A DNA stretch of 63,470 bases, filler included, from Hausera hauseri (taxonomy: Eukaryota), in NCBI GenBank assembly GCA_046269625.1. It is 12 parts of 12 records of this genome, joined end to end, with 100 filler letters (N's around TTAATTAATTAA, not from the genome) between each part and the next. Parts side by side here need not be neighbours in the genome. Positions count along the whole stretch, not along the records: positions 59,106 to 63,470 come from JBJURY010615665.1; 11 more parts are not named here. One strand, given 5' to 3'. Of the stretch, positions 62,301 through 63,470 are shown piece after piece (positions within the stretch are counted from its first letter, which is position 1; every line of letters begins with the position of its first letter). Position numbers and translations under genes: made by a program. The notes below the pieces were generated by a model. The model worked only from the letters and a program-made list of their open reading frames with translations, was not told the DNA's origin and ran no database searches.

Positions 62301-63470
62301 ACGATACCTGTTTGTTCGAGTTCCATAAACTCAGCTTCTACTGCTTGTCTACGTCGCGGTGACAATGGACGGACCTTTTGTATAATTGGCCTTTGATGTC
62401 TTGTAATTATATGGTGGAAAATGCTGTTTACTGGAGTAAAATTCCTATCTTTCTGAAGTATACGAGGACAAGAAGTATGGACGAATTGTTGTAAACTTGC
62501 GGGTAGTTTCTGAAATGACGTAACTGGCGATGAACCAAGGTTGCTAGCAGTACTTGGTATATGGAGATTGGTTGTTGATGAGGAATCGAGTGGAGTTTGG
62601 AGTAGGATGGTTGGGTCCGGAACCGTGTTTGAATAGGTGTTATTGTTCAATGATTTTAAAGAAAATACCAGATTGTCGATGTCGACATTGAGCTGTGATT
62701 GGCTGTCGACATTGTCCTTCAGAAGCTTACGATGTAAAACGTAATAGTTATTGGAATTATAACGAGGTACTGACTGTTTTAAAATAGACTGCTTACTTAC
62801 TATTAACTGTGGTGTTGTTGAGATGCTGTCTATACCTGTGCTACGGTCTGCAGGTGTATTCGATTTTACGCAGCGTCGGTTACAATCGACTAGCAAATTA
62901 TAGTGCGAAAGGAAATCTGAGCCAAGTATTGCCGTCTGGACGTTAGCGATTGTAAACATCCAATGAAATGAAGAAGAAAAGTTTGGTAGAGTGAAAGATA
63001 ATTTGCAAGTTTCGGAAATACGGAGAGATTGACCAGAGGCAGTGTATAAAGGTTTTATTTTAGGTGAAGAATGCTGAACTGGAAAAGAAAGTGGTAATAG
63101 TGAGATCGCTGCGCCAGTATCGATGAGAAAATCAATGGATTGAATGTTAGGATTAGAGATAGCAGCTTTTAGTGTGACGACTGCAAATAAAGTGTGTCGG
63201 CCAAAGGAATTGGATAAATTTCCTTTGCCAGGATCTTTCGATAATACTGGCGGCGAAATAAGTTTTTTTTGGATTGGTAAGTTAAAACGGTTACTGTTAG
63301 AGACGGTGGGACATCTATCAGTGGTGTAGTTTTTGGTAATTTTATAGTTACAGCCGGAAATACAATTTTGAGCATTAGATCCGAACTTTGCATGATAGAT
63401 GCAAATTATGTTATCCGAGTGTAGATTTGATGAATAATATCTACACCCTAAACAGCACTTATTTGCTGTG
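59400..63470 (-). mobile_element. CsRN1-clade Gypsy, copy 3 (gag end-PR-RT-RH-IN, S/T/P-rich tail, PPT at 59485-59491, LTR starting at 59481)
   Basis: CIYHAKFGSNAQNCISGC, FLIDTGAAIS, SPWSSPL, FRPCGDYR, PYIDDML, TTDASN, TFDRELLA, SDQGSQF, NGLVERFHR, YLGPYKL. Confidence 0.9.

Overview
Eukaryotic, almost entirely repeat-derived DNA. The window is 12 short contigs joined by an artificial 100-nt spacer (44 N + TTAATTAATTAA + 44 N), so adjacency across spacers is not evidence of linkage. Contents: (1) 1-5959, the 5' end of a fish-type LTR retroelement (LTR, tRNA-Ile PBS, an intact Gag-protease ORF of at least 932 codons missing from the ORF track). (2) Three decayed copies (6060-14588 +, 38745-42891 +, 48655-54277 -) of a very unusual large Ty3/Gypsy-type element. 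Together they reconstruct what looks like one membrane-threaded polyprotein: ubiquitin-like domain - helical domain - internal signal peptide - chuvirus-type glycoprotein + TM - PR - RT - RNase H - IN - second signal peptide - Cys-rich ectodomain - TM - degenerate REX4/ISG20-like exonuclease - RING finger, then PPT and a ~600-bp LTR. This is the best candidate for an undescribed system. (3) Three decayed CsRN1-clade Gypsy copies; one shows a di-Gly-terminated ubiquitin-like leader on Gag, and two show tandem CHCC motifs. (4) A decayed Maverick/Polinton morphogenesis module and a decayed EndoVII-containing pPolB. (5) An intronless, pseudogenised glycogen debranching enzyme (AGL). (6) An RTE LINE, a LINE 3' remnant and tandem-repeat DNA. 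All family calls come from manual translation and motif recognition; no database search was run.
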